Assembly: GCA_021295775.1 (NCBI GenBank)
Contig: JAGWBS010000014.1
Location: forward strand, 10,199-74,198
DNA from: Pseudomonadota bacterium
Lineage (GTDB): Bacteria; Myxococcota_A; UBA9160; SZUA-336
Reading direction: 5' to 3'
DNA length: 64,000 nt
Position numbers and translations under genes: made by a program. Below are positions 1 through 7,700 of this stretch, one piece after another. The notes under the pieces were generated by a model. The model saw only the letters and a program-made list of their open reading frames with translations. It was not told where the DNA came from and did no database searches. Each line of letters opens with the position of its first letter. Within the stretch, counting starts at the first letter, position 1.

Positions 1-240
1 TACGAACGCGCGATGAAGGCGGACGAGACACCGGCCGCACTGGACAAAGAGTACGTGCGGCGTTGGCTGGTGGAGCGCGGCTACCGCGGCGAGGGGACCC
101 CGCCGCCGCTACCCGACGAGGTGCGCTGCGAAGCCGCGCGACGTTACATCGAGGCCTTCGAGCAGGTCACGGCACGGGCGTTCGTTCCGTCCTCCGGCCA
201 ACCGCTGGAGCGAATCCGCTCGCGGCTCGGACTCGGATAG
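1..240 (+). CDS. purC: phosphoribosylaminoimidazole-succinocarboxamide synthase (SAICAR synthetase), C-terminal fragment; 5' end lies outside the window
   Basis: Frame-1 translation '...LDKEYVRRWLVERGYRGEGTPPPLPDEVRCEAARRYIEAFEQVTARAF' matches the conserved PurC C-terminus (DK(E/Q)(Y/F)(V/L)R.WL...PP.LP.EV). Ends at TAG 238-240. Confidence 0.6.
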   Translation, partial: YERAMKADETPAALDKEYVRRWLVERGYRGEGTPPPLPDEVRCEAARRYIEAFEQVTARAFVPSSGQPLERIRSRLGLG

Positions 241-352
241 CCCCCGGCGCGACTGATTCGAACCGGTCTCTCCCCCGCGAATTCCGGTGCCCGGCCGGGT
301 CCGCACGGCACTGTCTCCGTCGGAGGGAGTCGATTTTTTCTTCCCCGAAAAT

Positions 353-382
353 TTGACAACTCGAAAATGCGTTGAATAACTT
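353..382 (+). promoter_or_regulatory. sigma70-like promoter in an AT-rich island (TTGACA 353-358, 18-nt spacer, TAACTT 377-382)
   Basis: The only AT-rich stretch in a ~70% GC region (gattttttcttccccgaaaatttgacaactcgaaaatgcgttgaataactt). Perfect -35 hexamer and a TAnnnT -10. Lies ~70 nt upstream of the ATG at 450. Confidence 0.35.
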
Positions 383-449
383 CTGTCAGCCGTTGCGAGC
401 AACGGTCGAGTCCGCCGCTACGACGGCGGCGGGTATGGGGGGAGAGAGA

Positions 450-692
450 ATGGCAACCAAGATTGCGCGGATCGGCGTCGAGCGTGAGGCAGGCTTTCTG
501 TACTTTCTCGACAAGATGGGTGACGTCTCGCGCGTACCGATGGCTCGCGGAGGGCGATCCAAGAAGGGAGCGTCCAGCAAGGTCGCCAAGGCTGGCGTAG
601 AACGCGAGGCAGGCTGGCTGTACTTCATCGACCGCGATGGAGACGTGGCTCGCACCAAGATGGCCCGACGGGGCCGGGCGAGCGGCAGCTAG
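450..692 (+). CDS. small basic protein (80 aa) made of two tandem ~33-aa repeats; function unknown
   Basis: ATG at 450 follows RBS GGGGGGAGAGAG. Repeat 1 'KIARIGVEREAGFLYFLDKMGDVSRVPMARGGRS'; repeat 2 'KVAKAGVEREAGWLYFIDRDGDVARTKMARRGRAS'. Balanced non-shadow composition. The listed ORF start at 372 (TTG) lacks an RBS. Confidence 0.6.
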   Translation: MATKIARIGVEREAGFLYFLDKMGDVSRVPMARGGRSKKGASSKVAKAGVEREAGWLYFIDRDGDVARTKMARRGRASGS

Positions 693-778
693 ACACCGGC
701 GAAGCGCGGGAGCGCGGCCGGCTGGAATCGCCGGACCGCCGAACGCCGCCGGCTTCGACAGCCGAGAGGCTGGTGACG

Positions 779-802
779 GGGGGAGGCGCGACGCCTCCCC
801 CC
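779..802 (+). terminator. putative terminator hairpin (GGGGGAGGCG-cgac-CGCCTCCCCC) downstream of the small repeat protein
   Basis: Perfect 10-bp GC stem with a 4-nt loop 87 nt after the stop at 692. A T-rich tract (gcgtttcggg...gatttttcc) follows within 30 nt but not immediately. Confidence 0.3.
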
Positions 803-864
803 GGATGCGTTTCGGGATCGGGGATTTTTCCGAATCGGCCGCGCAGATCCGCTAGGCTGCCGGC

Positions 865-1386
865 ATGGAGAGCCGGTACGCGGTGTCTGAGGTTCGAACG
901 CCGATCGGGTCCTTGCGTCTGGCCGCGACCCCGCAGGGACTGCTGCGGGTCGCCTTTCCGCGCCAGGGAGGATCCGGTTTCGCCGGCGCGGTCGCCCGTC
1001 ACCTGACCGACGCCGAGCGCGTCGACGGGCTGCCCGCGCTGGACAAGGCGGCCCGCGAGCTCGAAGAGTACTTCCAGGGCAAGCGGCGCGAATTCGGCGT
1101 GGAGCTGGACCTGCGCGGCACGCCCTTCCAGAAAAGTGTATGGCGGGCGCTGCAGGGCATCCCGTTCGGCGGGACGCTCAGCTACTCGGAGCTGGCCCGC
1201 CGCGTGAACCGCCGCCAGGGGCAGCGCGCGGTCGGCACGGCCGCCGGCGCGAACCCGATCCCCGTCATCATCCCGTGCCACCGCCTGATCCGCTCGGACG
1301 GGCAGCTGGGAGGTTTCGCCGGCGGCCTCGAGAGCAAGCGCCGGCTGCTGGCCCACGAAAAGTCGCTGGCCAGCGACTGGCTCTAG
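865..1386 (+). CDS. ogt: methylated-DNA--protein-cysteine methyltransferase (O6-alkylguanine-DNA alkyltransferase)
   Basis: 173 aa. Active-site motif 'IPCHRLI' and the C-terminal DNA-binding region 'FQKSVWRALQGIPFGGTLSYSELARRV...GANPIPVIIPCHR' are present. Confidence 0.85.
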   Translation: MESRYAVSEVRTPIGSLRLAATPQGLLRVAFPRQGGSGFAGAVARHLTDAERVDGLPALDKAARELEEYFQGKRREFGVELDLRGTPFQKSVWRALQGIPFGGTLSYSELARRVNRRQGQRAVGTAAGANPIPVIIPCHRLIRSDGQLGGFAGGLESKRRLLAHEKSLASDWL

Positions 1387-2579
1387 CTGCGCTCGAGCGC
1401 CTGCGCGAGGTCGGCGACGATGTCGTCGGGATCCTCGACGCCGCAGGAGAAGCGCACCAGGTTGTCGCGAATCCCGATCCGCGCGCGCTCCTCGGGGGAC
1501 TGGTCCCAGTAGGAGATCACCGTCGGCTGCTCGACCAGGGACTCGGTGCCGCCCAGGCTCGGAGCGATGTAGGGCAGGCGCAGGGCGTCGACGAACTTGG
1601 AAGTCCGCTGCAGGTCGCCGCGGATTTCGAAACTGACCACCCCTCCGAAGCCGCTCATCTGTCCCGCCGCCACGGCGTGGTCGGGATGGCTCGGCAGTCC
1701 CGGGTAGTGAACGCGCTCCACCCGCGGGTGGTCTTCGAGGAAGCGGGCCACGCGCTCGGCGTTTGCGTTGGCGCGTTCGACGCGCAGAGCGAGCGTCTTG
1801 CAGCCGCGGAGACACAGGTAGGCCGCGTGCGGGTCGACGATTCCCCCCAGGATCCCGTGCAGCGCGCGGATCGGGGCGATCAGCTCGCCGGAGCCGACCA
1901 GGACGCCGCAGAGCACGTCGTTGTGCCCCGCCACGTACTTGGTGCCGGAGTGCAGCACGATGTCCGCCCCCAGCTCCAGGGCGCGCTGATTGATGGGCGT
2001 CGCGAAGGTGGAGTCGATCACGACTCGCGCCGCGCTCGCCCGGCAGCGCTCGGCGACCGCCGGTATGTCGACCACCCGCAGGTAGGGATTGGTCGGCGAC
2101 TCCGAAAAGAACAGCGAAGCGCCGTCCGCCAGCGCGCTCTCCAGGCCGGGCAGGTCCGAAGGATCGATCACCGTGGTGCGGACGCCCATCTTCGGCAGCA
2201 CCGTGGCGGCGAACTGGCGGGTGCGCCGGTAGCAGTCGTGGGTGGTCACGATGTGGCCGTCCTGGGGGACCAGGGCCAGCAGCAGGGTGGTGATCGAGTT
2301 CATGCCCGAGGCCGAGACCAGGCACTCCTCGCCGCCCTCCAGCTGGGCGAGCTTCTCTTCCAGCGCGCGGGTGGTGGGGTTGCCGTAGCGACCGTACTCG
2401 AAACTGCCGTAGCGACCTTCCTGGTAGTCGATCAGCTCCTGCGTGTCGCGGAACCAGAAGGTCGCCGTCTGCACGATCGGGGTGGTGAGCGCGTCGGAGA
2501 CGCGCGGACGGCCTTCCCGCTCGCCGCCGTGAACGGCGCGGGTCGAGGGGCCCGGGGACTGGCGGTCCGAACGGCTCAT
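1383..2579 (-). CDS. PLP-dependent Cys/Met metabolism enzyme (cystathionine gamma-synthase / beta-lyase / gamma-lyase family)
   Basis: 398 aa from the internal ATG at 2579 ('MSRSDRQSPGPSTRAVHGGE...'). Family signatures 'TPIVQTATF', 'YGRYGNPT', 'HSGTKYVAGHNDVLCG'. The upstream 266 codons of the listed ORF (1383..3377) are R/P/G shadow and overlap a real gene on the same strand. Confidence 0.85.
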   Translation of the reverse strand: MSRSDRQSPGPSTRAVHGGEREGRPRVSDALTTPIVQTATFWFRDTQELIDYQEGRYGSFEYGRYGNPTTRALEEKLAQLEGGEECLVSASGMNSITTLLLALVPQDGHIVTTHDCYRRTRQFAATVLPKMGVRTTVIDPSDLPGLESALADGASLFFSESPTNPYLRVVDIPAVAERCRASAARVVIDSTFATPINQRALELGADIVLHSGTKYVAGHNDVLCGVLVGSGELIAPIRALHGILGGIVDPHAAYLCLRGCKTLALRVERANANAERVARFLEDHPRVERVHYPGLPSHPDHAVAAGQMSGFGGVVSFEIRGDLQRTSKFVDALRLPYIAPSLGGTESLVEQPTVISYWDQSPEERARIGIRDNLVRFSCGVEDPDDIVADLAQALERS

Positions 2580-2617
2580 GGCAGGGGCGCGGAGCTTACC
2601 CCCGCGCCGTAAGTGGA

Positions 2618-3472
2618 TCAACCAGCGCGGTTTTCCAGCTTTTGCCGGATCCCGTCCCAGACCGGTCCGCCGACCGCCAGGCGACCGCGGATGCGGCCGG
2701 GACGTTCGCCGGGAGCGCCGTGGAAGTCGCTCCCTCCGGTCTCGATCAGGTCCAGTTCGCGGCACAAGCGGCGCAGGCGGCGCACCTGCCCCGGACGGTG
2801 GGCGGGGTGCTGGACCTCGAGCGCGTCCAGGCCCAGCCGCGCGAGCCGCTCGACGAACGCCTCCAGACCGCCGGGGGCGTCCGCTCCGCGCGAGCGCGGC
2901 GGGTGGGCGAGCGAGGCCAGTCCCCCGGCCGCGTGGATCAGATCGATCGCCTCCCGCGGTTCCAGGTCCGAGCGGGCGACGTAGCCCGGCCGCCCGCGGC
3001 GCAGAAGTCGCCGGAAAGCTTCGTCCTCGTCGCGGCAGATGCCGCGCTCGACCAGCGCGCGGGCCACGTGCGGCCGCCCGATCGCGCCGCCCGACAGGCG
3101 CTCGACGTGGGAGAACTCGATCTCGACGCCGCTGGCGCGGAGCTGGGCGAGCATTCGCCGGGCTCGCTCCGCGCGATCGGCGCGCCACTCGGCGGCGCGC
3201 CGCCGGAGTTCCGGGAAGTCTGGATCGAACCCGATCCCCAGCAGGTGCAGCTCCAGGTCGCCGTCCCGGGCGCTGACCGAGATCTCGATCCCCGCCAGCA
3301 CGCGCACCCCCAGGCGTTCGCCGCACGCACGGGCCTCCTCGATCCCGGCCAGCTCGTCGTGGTCGGTCAACGCGCACACCTCGACGCGCTCGCGGGCGGC
3401 GAGTTCGATCAGGGCGGCGGGCGCCAGGCGGCCGTCGGAAACGGTCGAATGCATGTGGAAGTCACAGCGCAC
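2618..3472 (-). CDS. PHP-domain phosphoesterase (TrpH/YciV-like)
   Basis: 284 aa. N-terminal 'RCDFHMHSTVSDG' His motif of the PHP family. GTG start at 3472. Confidence 0.8.
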   Translation of the reverse strand: MRCDFHMHSTVSDGRLAPAALIELAARERVEVCALTDHDELAGIEEARACGERLGVRVLAGIEISVSARDGDLELHLLGIGFDPDFPELRRRAAEWRADRAERARRMLAQLRASGVEIEFSHVERLSGGAIGRPHVARALVERGICRDEDEAFRRLLRRGRPGYVARSDLEPREAIDLIHAAGGLASLAHPPRSRGADAPGGLEAFVERLARLGLDALEVQHPAHRPGQVRRLRRLCRELDLIETGGSDFHGAPGERPGRIRGRLAVGGPVWDGIRQKLENRAG

Positions 3473-4415
3473 GCCGCGTCGCCTCCGCGCCCGCCCAGTC
3501 GCGCAGGTTATCCAGGAAGCGTTCGATCAGCCGCGGTGCGTCCACGGCGACGGCCCACTGCACGGCCGGGCCGCCGGGACCGGACCGCTCGACGATCTCT
3601 CCCCGGCGCTCCCCCTCCGCAACGTCCACCACGACGCGCCGGGGCTCGAAATCGAACAGCCCGGGGTCGATGGCCGCCGCGACCGCCGCCGGATCGTGGA
3701 GCGTGGCGCGGGGCGTTCCCGCGGAGCGGCCCTCGGCCTGCATCAGGAGGTTCAGCAATTCCGCCAGCCATTCGGCCCGCGGGCCGCGTCCGAAGGGCTC
3801 GGGGGGCAGATCGGATGGGCGCAGCCGACACTGGCGCGTGACCTCCAGTCCGATCACGCGGATCCGCAGGCCCGAGCCCAGCACCGTCGCCGCGGCGCTC
3901 GGATCGGCGTAGCAGTTGAACTCCGCCCAGGGCGTGACGTTGCCGCCGGCCAGCGAGCCGCCCATCCAGACGATTTCCACGCCCGCCAGAAGCTCGGCCT
4001 CCTCGCGCAGGAGCAGCGCCAGATTGGTGAGCGGGCCCAGGGCGACGATCCGGTCGAGGCGTCCCTCGCCCAGGCAGCGCCGCAGCAGCCGCAGCGCGCT
4101 GTCGGGGGCGGGCTGCTGCGCCTCGGGCAGCCACAGGCCCGCCCTCCCGTGCTCTCCGTGGAACTCCAGCGCGTCCCGTGGCGAGAGGTCCAGGGGCTCG
4201 GCCGCGCCTTCGCCCAGCGGAATTCGGGAGCCGCTCCACTCCAGAAAGCGCGCCGCGTTCTCGGTGACCGCCGCCAGCGGAGCGTTGCCGGCTACGGTGG
4301 TGAGCGCTTCCACGCGCAATTCGGGCGCGGCCAGCGCGAACGCCAGCGCCAACAGATCGTCCAGCCCGGGATCGGTGTCCACCAGCACGCGCGCCGCCTC
4401 CCGCGCCCCGCTCAC
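3462..4415 (-). CDS. inosine-uridine-preferring nucleoside hydrolase family protein
   Basis: 317 aa. Signature 'VLVDTDPGLDDLLAL' (the DxDxxxDD Ca-binding motif). GTG start. 11-nt overlap with the downstream PHP gene. Confidence 0.8.
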   Translation of the reverse strand: MSGAREAARVLVDTDPGLDDLLALAFALAAPELRVEALTTVAGNAPLAAVTENAARFLEWSGSRIPLGEGAAEPLDLSPRDALEFHGEHGRAGLWLPEAQQPAPDSALRLLRRCLGEGRLDRIVALGPLTNLALLLREEAELLAGVEIVWMGGSLAGGNVTPWAEFNCYADPSAAATVLGSGLRIRVIGLEVTRQCRLRPSDLPPEPFGRGPRAEWLAELLNLLMQAEGRSAGTPRATLHDPAAVAAAIDPGLFDFEPRRVVVDVAEGERRGEIVERSGPGGPAVQWAVAVDAPRLIERFLDNLRDWAGAEATRRAL

Positions 4416-5272
4416 GGTGGGGGATTCCCGGGATCGGCTTGTTCGTCGGGGCGGCCCTCAAGGATCCGACGGTACCGGTGGCGGAACTCGGCCTCCGGCA
4501 TCCGGCCCTCCCGGCGCGCCTCGAGCAAATCGGCCAGGGACCGGAGCTGGGCTTGGCTGAGTTCCTCGGCGGGGGGCGTCTCGAAATCCGAGCCCGACTC
4601 GGTCTCGGCGGGTTCTCCCAGCAGGACGGTCCGGCGCTTCATGCGTCCCTTGCGCACGCGCAGGCTCATCGGTCTGCGGTAGAAGTCGTCGCGCCAGAAG
4701 ACGCGGACTCCGCGCGCGCCTTGCGAGAGCTGGGCCTCGCCCGCGACGAGCCTGAAGTCCGGCAGGTCGGGGGGGAGAGCCAGCGGGATGGAGTAGGCAT
4801 GGAGCCCTTCGCTGTCGTCGCTGTCCTCCAGGTCCCACTCGACGTCGAAGAACTCCAGCAGCAGGGCGTCGTCCTCGACCGCGGCGCGCAGGGCGGTCAC
4901 GCGGTCGATCGTGAAAACGCCAAGGCGGCGGTCGCGCACGAGGGTGGCGGCGACGACTTCCTGATCGGGGGAGGCGCGGCCCAACGCCGAAGAGAGTCCC
5001 TCCGCCAGATCGTAGACGTGCAGCGAGCGGATCGTCGGCGCGCGCCGGCCCTGCTTGTCTTCGTGCACCAGGGAGGCCAGAACGTGCGCGATTCTCACGG
5101 CCTCGATCTCCGCCGGATGGGCGTAGCCGCGCGGCAGGATCTGGCCCGACTGCTCGCGGTGGCGCAGCTCGACTTTCACCCGCGGGCTCTCGATCACCGT
5201 CTCGCTCACGAGCCGGGTCCCGCACGCGGCGCAGAGGAGGGCCAGGGCGGCGGCGAAAAGTCTCGACCCCAT
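4412..5272 (-). CDS. lipoprotein, function unknown
   Basis: Start taken at the internal ATG 5272: 'MGSRLFAAALALLCAACG' is a signal peptide with a lipobox (LLCAAC). 286 aa. Stop overlaps the hydrolase start (GTGA). Confidence 0.55.
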   Translation of the reverse strand: MGSRLFAAALALLCAACGTRLVSETVIESPRVKVELRHREQSGQILPRGYAHPAEIEAVRIAHVLASLVHEDKQGRRAPTIRSLHVYDLAEGLSSALGRASPDQEVVAATLVRDRRLGVFTIDRVTALRAAVEDDALLLEFFDVEWDLEDSDDSEGLHAYSIPLALPPDLPDFRLVAGEAQLSQGARGVRVFWRDDFYRRPMSLRVRKGRMKRRTVLLGEPAETESGSDFETPPAEELSQAQLRSLADLLEARREGRMPEAEFRHRYRRILEGRPDEQADPGNPPP

Positions 5273-5318
5273 GCGGGCGAGAATAGCCGAAGCGCGTGCC
5301 CGGCCGCTCCGAGCCCCG

Positions 5319-5347
5319 TTGACATCGCCCCTCCCGCTGCCTAGTTT
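5319..5347 (+). promoter_or_regulatory. sigma70-like promoter upstream of the nuoA-like gene (TTGACA 5319-5324, 17-nt spacer, TAGTTT 5342-5347)
   Basis: Perfect -35 hexamer at consensus spacing from a TAnnnT -10, in the divergent intergenic region between the lipoprotein and nuoA. Confidence 0.4.
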
Positions 5348-5364
5348 CAATCCCGATTCCCCCC

Positions 5365-5739
5365 GTGTTTTCAACCGTTTACTGGTCGAGCATGGGTGAA
5401 TTCGCGGCACTCGTCCTGTTCGGGGCGCTCAATCTGCTGGCCCTCGGACTCGGGATGATCCTGGCGCGTCCGAGACGCGCGAAGCGCTCTACGCCGCTTG
5501 CCGTGCCGCTCGACTGCGACGTTCGGTTCCCGAGCGGGCCGCGGGGAGCGAGCGTGCCGCCCGTCGCGGCCGCCCTCTTGTTCGTGCTGTTCGAACTCGC
5601 GCTGGTTCTGCTCCTGCCGTGGGCGCTCGCGTTCCGTTCGCTGGGCGCGCAGGCGACCTGGGTCGCCCTTCCGGTGCTGGCCGCGCTGGGCAGCGGCCTG
5701 GCCTACGCATGGCTGAGGGGGGGCTTCGCGTGGGAGTGA
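5365..5739 (+). CDS. nuoA: NADH-quinone oxidoreductase subunit A (ND3)-like membrane protein, divergent
   Basis: 124 aa, 3 predicted TM helices. 'PLDCDVRFPSGP...AALLFVLFELALVLLLPWALAF' aligns to the NuoA core (P(Y/F)ECG...FD(V/L)E...L(F/Y)PWA), with ECG replaced by DCD. Start is GTG 5365 or ATG 5392; neither has a clear SD. Confidence 0.7.
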   Translation: MFSTVYWSSMGEFAALVLFGALNLLALGLGMILARPRRAKRSTPLAVPLDCDVRFPSGPRGASVPPVAAALLFVLFELALVLLLPWALAFRSLGAQATWVALPVLAALGSGLAYAWLRGGFAWE

Positions 5740-5766
5740 GCCGCTCCCGGACGGGCGGTTGAGGCG

Positions 5767-6894
5767 ATGCAAAGCGCCCCGGTCTGGAACACCTCTCTGC
5801 TTTGGATCTTGCTGGTCGCGGGCCTGCCGGTCCTGGTCTGGCTGGATCGATTCCAGCTCTCCCTGATCCAGGGCCGGCGCGGCGTGCTTCGGATCGCTCC
5901 GCCGCGCCTCGACGGGCGCGCTCTGCTGCAAGGCGCGATCGAGGCGTACAGGCGCCTCGTCTGGCCGGGCGAGGACTCGACCTCGTCCGAGCTCGCCTGG
6001 TCGCGGGTCTGGGTGCCGTCGCTGCGGACGTTCCTGCTTCTGCTGGCTCTGGCCGCGGTGCCCTGGGGGACGAGCTACGCGCTGTCCGGAGGCGAGTTCA
6101 GGCTGGTCGTCGCCGACCTCGAGTACGCCGCGGCCTATGTGGTCGGGATCGCGGCGCTGGCGGCTCTGGTGTCGGCGGTCGAGGCCTGGGGGGCCGGGAG
6201 CGGCCCGGACGCGGGTGCCGCGCTGCGCTCCTCCGCACAGACGCTCGCGGGGCACGCGGCCCTGTTCGCTTCGCTGCTGGCGATGCTCCTGATCTACGGC
6301 ACTCTCGACCTCGGCGAAACGGTGCTGGCGCAGCAGAGCAGCCTGCGGGCGCTGGGCTTCCTGCAGGCCGTCTGGCCGGCGGCGGCAGAATCGGCCTGGG
6401 TCGACTCCCTGCGGATTCCGGCCTGGGGAATCGTGCTGCAGCCGCTCGCGTTTGCGCTTTTCCTGGTCTCCGCCCTGGCCTGGGCCGGGGGTGCCGGGAT
6501 CGGAGATCCGCGCGCCGGCGAGGGCAGCGGAGCGCCGGCCGATCCGTTGCGCCTCGACCGCCGCGTGCAGGACCTTCTGATGGCCTCGCTGGCGACCTGT
6601 GTCTTCCTGGGCGGCTGGTCGCTGCCGTGGATTTCCGACATTCGGCTGCTGGCCGCGTGGACACCCGTGCTCGGCGGCGAGCTGGCGCAGTTCGCCCTTC
6701 TGCTGCTCCACCTGCTGCTGTTCGGGCTGAAGGTGGTCTCGCTGCTCGGCCTGTTCACCTGGGTGCGCGTCGCGGGCCCGTTCTCTCGACTGGAGCGGGT
6801 GTTGGGCTTCGGCTGGAGGCGGTTGTTCCCGCTGTCGCTGGCGAACCTGGTTCTGACCGCCGCCGGAATCGCCGCGCTGGGGGCGGGGCGCTGA
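5767..6894 (+). CDS. nuoH: NADH-quinone oxidoreductase subunit H (ND1)-like membrane protein, divergent
   Basis: 375 aa. SD GAGG before the ATG. 'GAALRSSAQTLAGHAALFASLL' and the C-terminal 'LKVVSLLGLFTWVRVAGPFSRLERVLGFGWRRLFPLSLANLV' match NuoH signatures (LRSSAQ; WIR...R.DQL..FGW..L.P). Confidence 0.75.
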   Translation: MQSAPVWNTSLLWILLVAGLPVLVWLDRFQLSLIQGRRGVLRIAPPRLDGRALLQGAIEAYRRLVWPGEDSTSSELAWSRVWVPSLRTFLLLLALAAVPWGTSYALSGGEFRLVVADLEYAAAYVVGIAALAALVSAVEAWGAGSGPDAGAALRSSAQTLAGHAALFASLLAMLLIYGTLDLGETVLAQQSSLRALGFLQAVWPAAAESAWVDSLRIPAWGIVLQPLAFALFLVSALAWAGGAGIGDPRAGEGSGAPADPLRLDRRVQDLLMASLATCVFLGGWSLPWISDIRLLAAWTPVLGGELAQFALLLLHLLLFGLKVVSLLGLFTWVRVAGPFSRLERVLGFGWRRLFPLSLANLVLTAAGIAALGAGR

Positions 6895-7385
6895 TGTCGG
6901 CGCAGCTCTTCTGGGCGCTGGCGGGAGCGGTCCTGGCCGCGGCCTCGGTCGTGGTCTCGTCCGGCTCGAGCCGGCTTCGCGGCGCGCTGGGCCTGGCCGG
7001 GACCTTCGCAGGACTCGCCTGCCTTTTCGCTCTCCTGGGCGCGCCACTGCTGGGCGCGTTCTGGCTGGTCGCGGCCGCTGGAAACGGGCTGGCGCTGTTC
7101 CTGCTGGAGGCTTCCGGTCCCCCGGAGCGCGGCCCCGCCGAAGCCGGCCGCCAGCCGCTGCTGAAGCTGGCGGGAGCGGCGCTGGCGATCGGCCTGGTCG
7201 CCGGGGGGATCGCGATCGTGTACCGGCCCGGGTCGTTCACGGACGCGCTGCCCGGGTCCATCGGGCCGGGCAGTCTGGGCGCCAGCCTGTACTCGCAGCA
7301 TGCGCTGGCGGTCTACACGGCGGCGGCGCTGCTGCTGGCGGCGGTCGTGGCGACGCTGGCGCTGGGCAAACGGAGGGCAGACTGA
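6894..7385 (+). CDS. nuoJ: NADH-quinone oxidoreductase subunit J (ND6)-like
   Basis: 163 aa. ATG 6894 overlaps the nuoH stop (TGATG). 'FWALAGAVLAAASVVVSSGSSRLRGALGLAGTFAGLACLFALLGAPLLGAFWLV' fits the NuoJ N-terminal TM pattern. Confidence 0.7.
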   Translation: MSAQLFWALAGAVLAAASVVVSSGSSRLRGALGLAGTFAGLACLFALLGAPLLGAFWLVAAAGNGLALFLLEASGPPERGPAEAGRQPLLKLAGAALAIGLVAGGIAIVYRPGSFTDALPGSIGPGSLGASLYSQHALAVYTAAALLLAAVVATLALGKRRAD

Positions 7386-7693
7386 TGGCTCCCGCCGGCC
7401 TCGCCGAGGTCCAGCTGGTCGCCCTGCTGCTTTTCGGGATCGGTCTTCTGGGCGCGATCCTGCGCCGACGCGCGGCGTCCGTGCTGGCCTCGGTCCAGCT
7501 CTGTTTCGGCGCGGCGAGCCTGTCGCTGGTCGGGTTCGGCCAGAGCGCCGCGGACGGCGCGGGGCAGGTCTTCGCCCTGCTCGCGCTGGTGGTCGTGGTG
7601 GCCAACCTCTGCGTGGGAACCGCCATCGTCATCGGAATGCGGCGCAGCCGGAACAGCGCCGACGTCGAGGACTTCAGCGCCATGCGCTGGTAG
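7385..7693 (+). CDS. nuoK: NADH-quinone oxidoreductase subunit K (ND4L)
   Basis: 102 aa. ATG overlaps the nuoJ stop (TGATG). 'LLLFGIGLLGAILRRRAASVLASVQLCFGAASLSLVGF...GQVFALLALVVVVANLCVGTAIVIGMRRSRNSADVED' closely follows the NuoK consensus. Confidence 0.85.
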   Translation: MAPAGLAEVQLVALLLFGIGLLGAILRRRAASVLASVQLCFGAASLSLVGFGQSAADGAGQVFALLALVVVVANLCVGTAIVIGMRRSRNSADVEDFSAMRW

Positions 7694-7700
7694 GTGCGAG

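Noticed and set aside
250-275. GATTCGAACC motif resembling a tRNA T-loop
   Set aside because: No acceptor, D or anticodon stems could be built around it on either strand, so it is coincidental.
625-2612. Overlapping long ORFs 625..2325(-) and 1140..2612(+) plus many similar ones (5371..7047, 7674..10106, 11363..13063, 12684..14687, 16566..18893, 24466..27198, 28411..30585, 30612..33113, 30730..32943, 33937..36261, 36045..37805, 36158..38761, 39170..42184, 44985..46745, 45055..46950, 49891..52098, 56525..57805, 58979..60907, 62185..63882)
   Set aside because: All are Arg/Ala/Gly/Pro-rich with no recognisable motifs. Each overlaps, in another frame or strand, a gene with clear family signatures. 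This is the typical ~70% GC open-frame artefact.
2580-3377. N-terminal 266-codon extension of the 1383..3377 minus-strand ORF
   Set aside because: RPRRAGR-type low-complexity sequence overlapping the real PHP phosphoesterase gene in another frame. The PLP enzyme starts at the internal ATG 2579.
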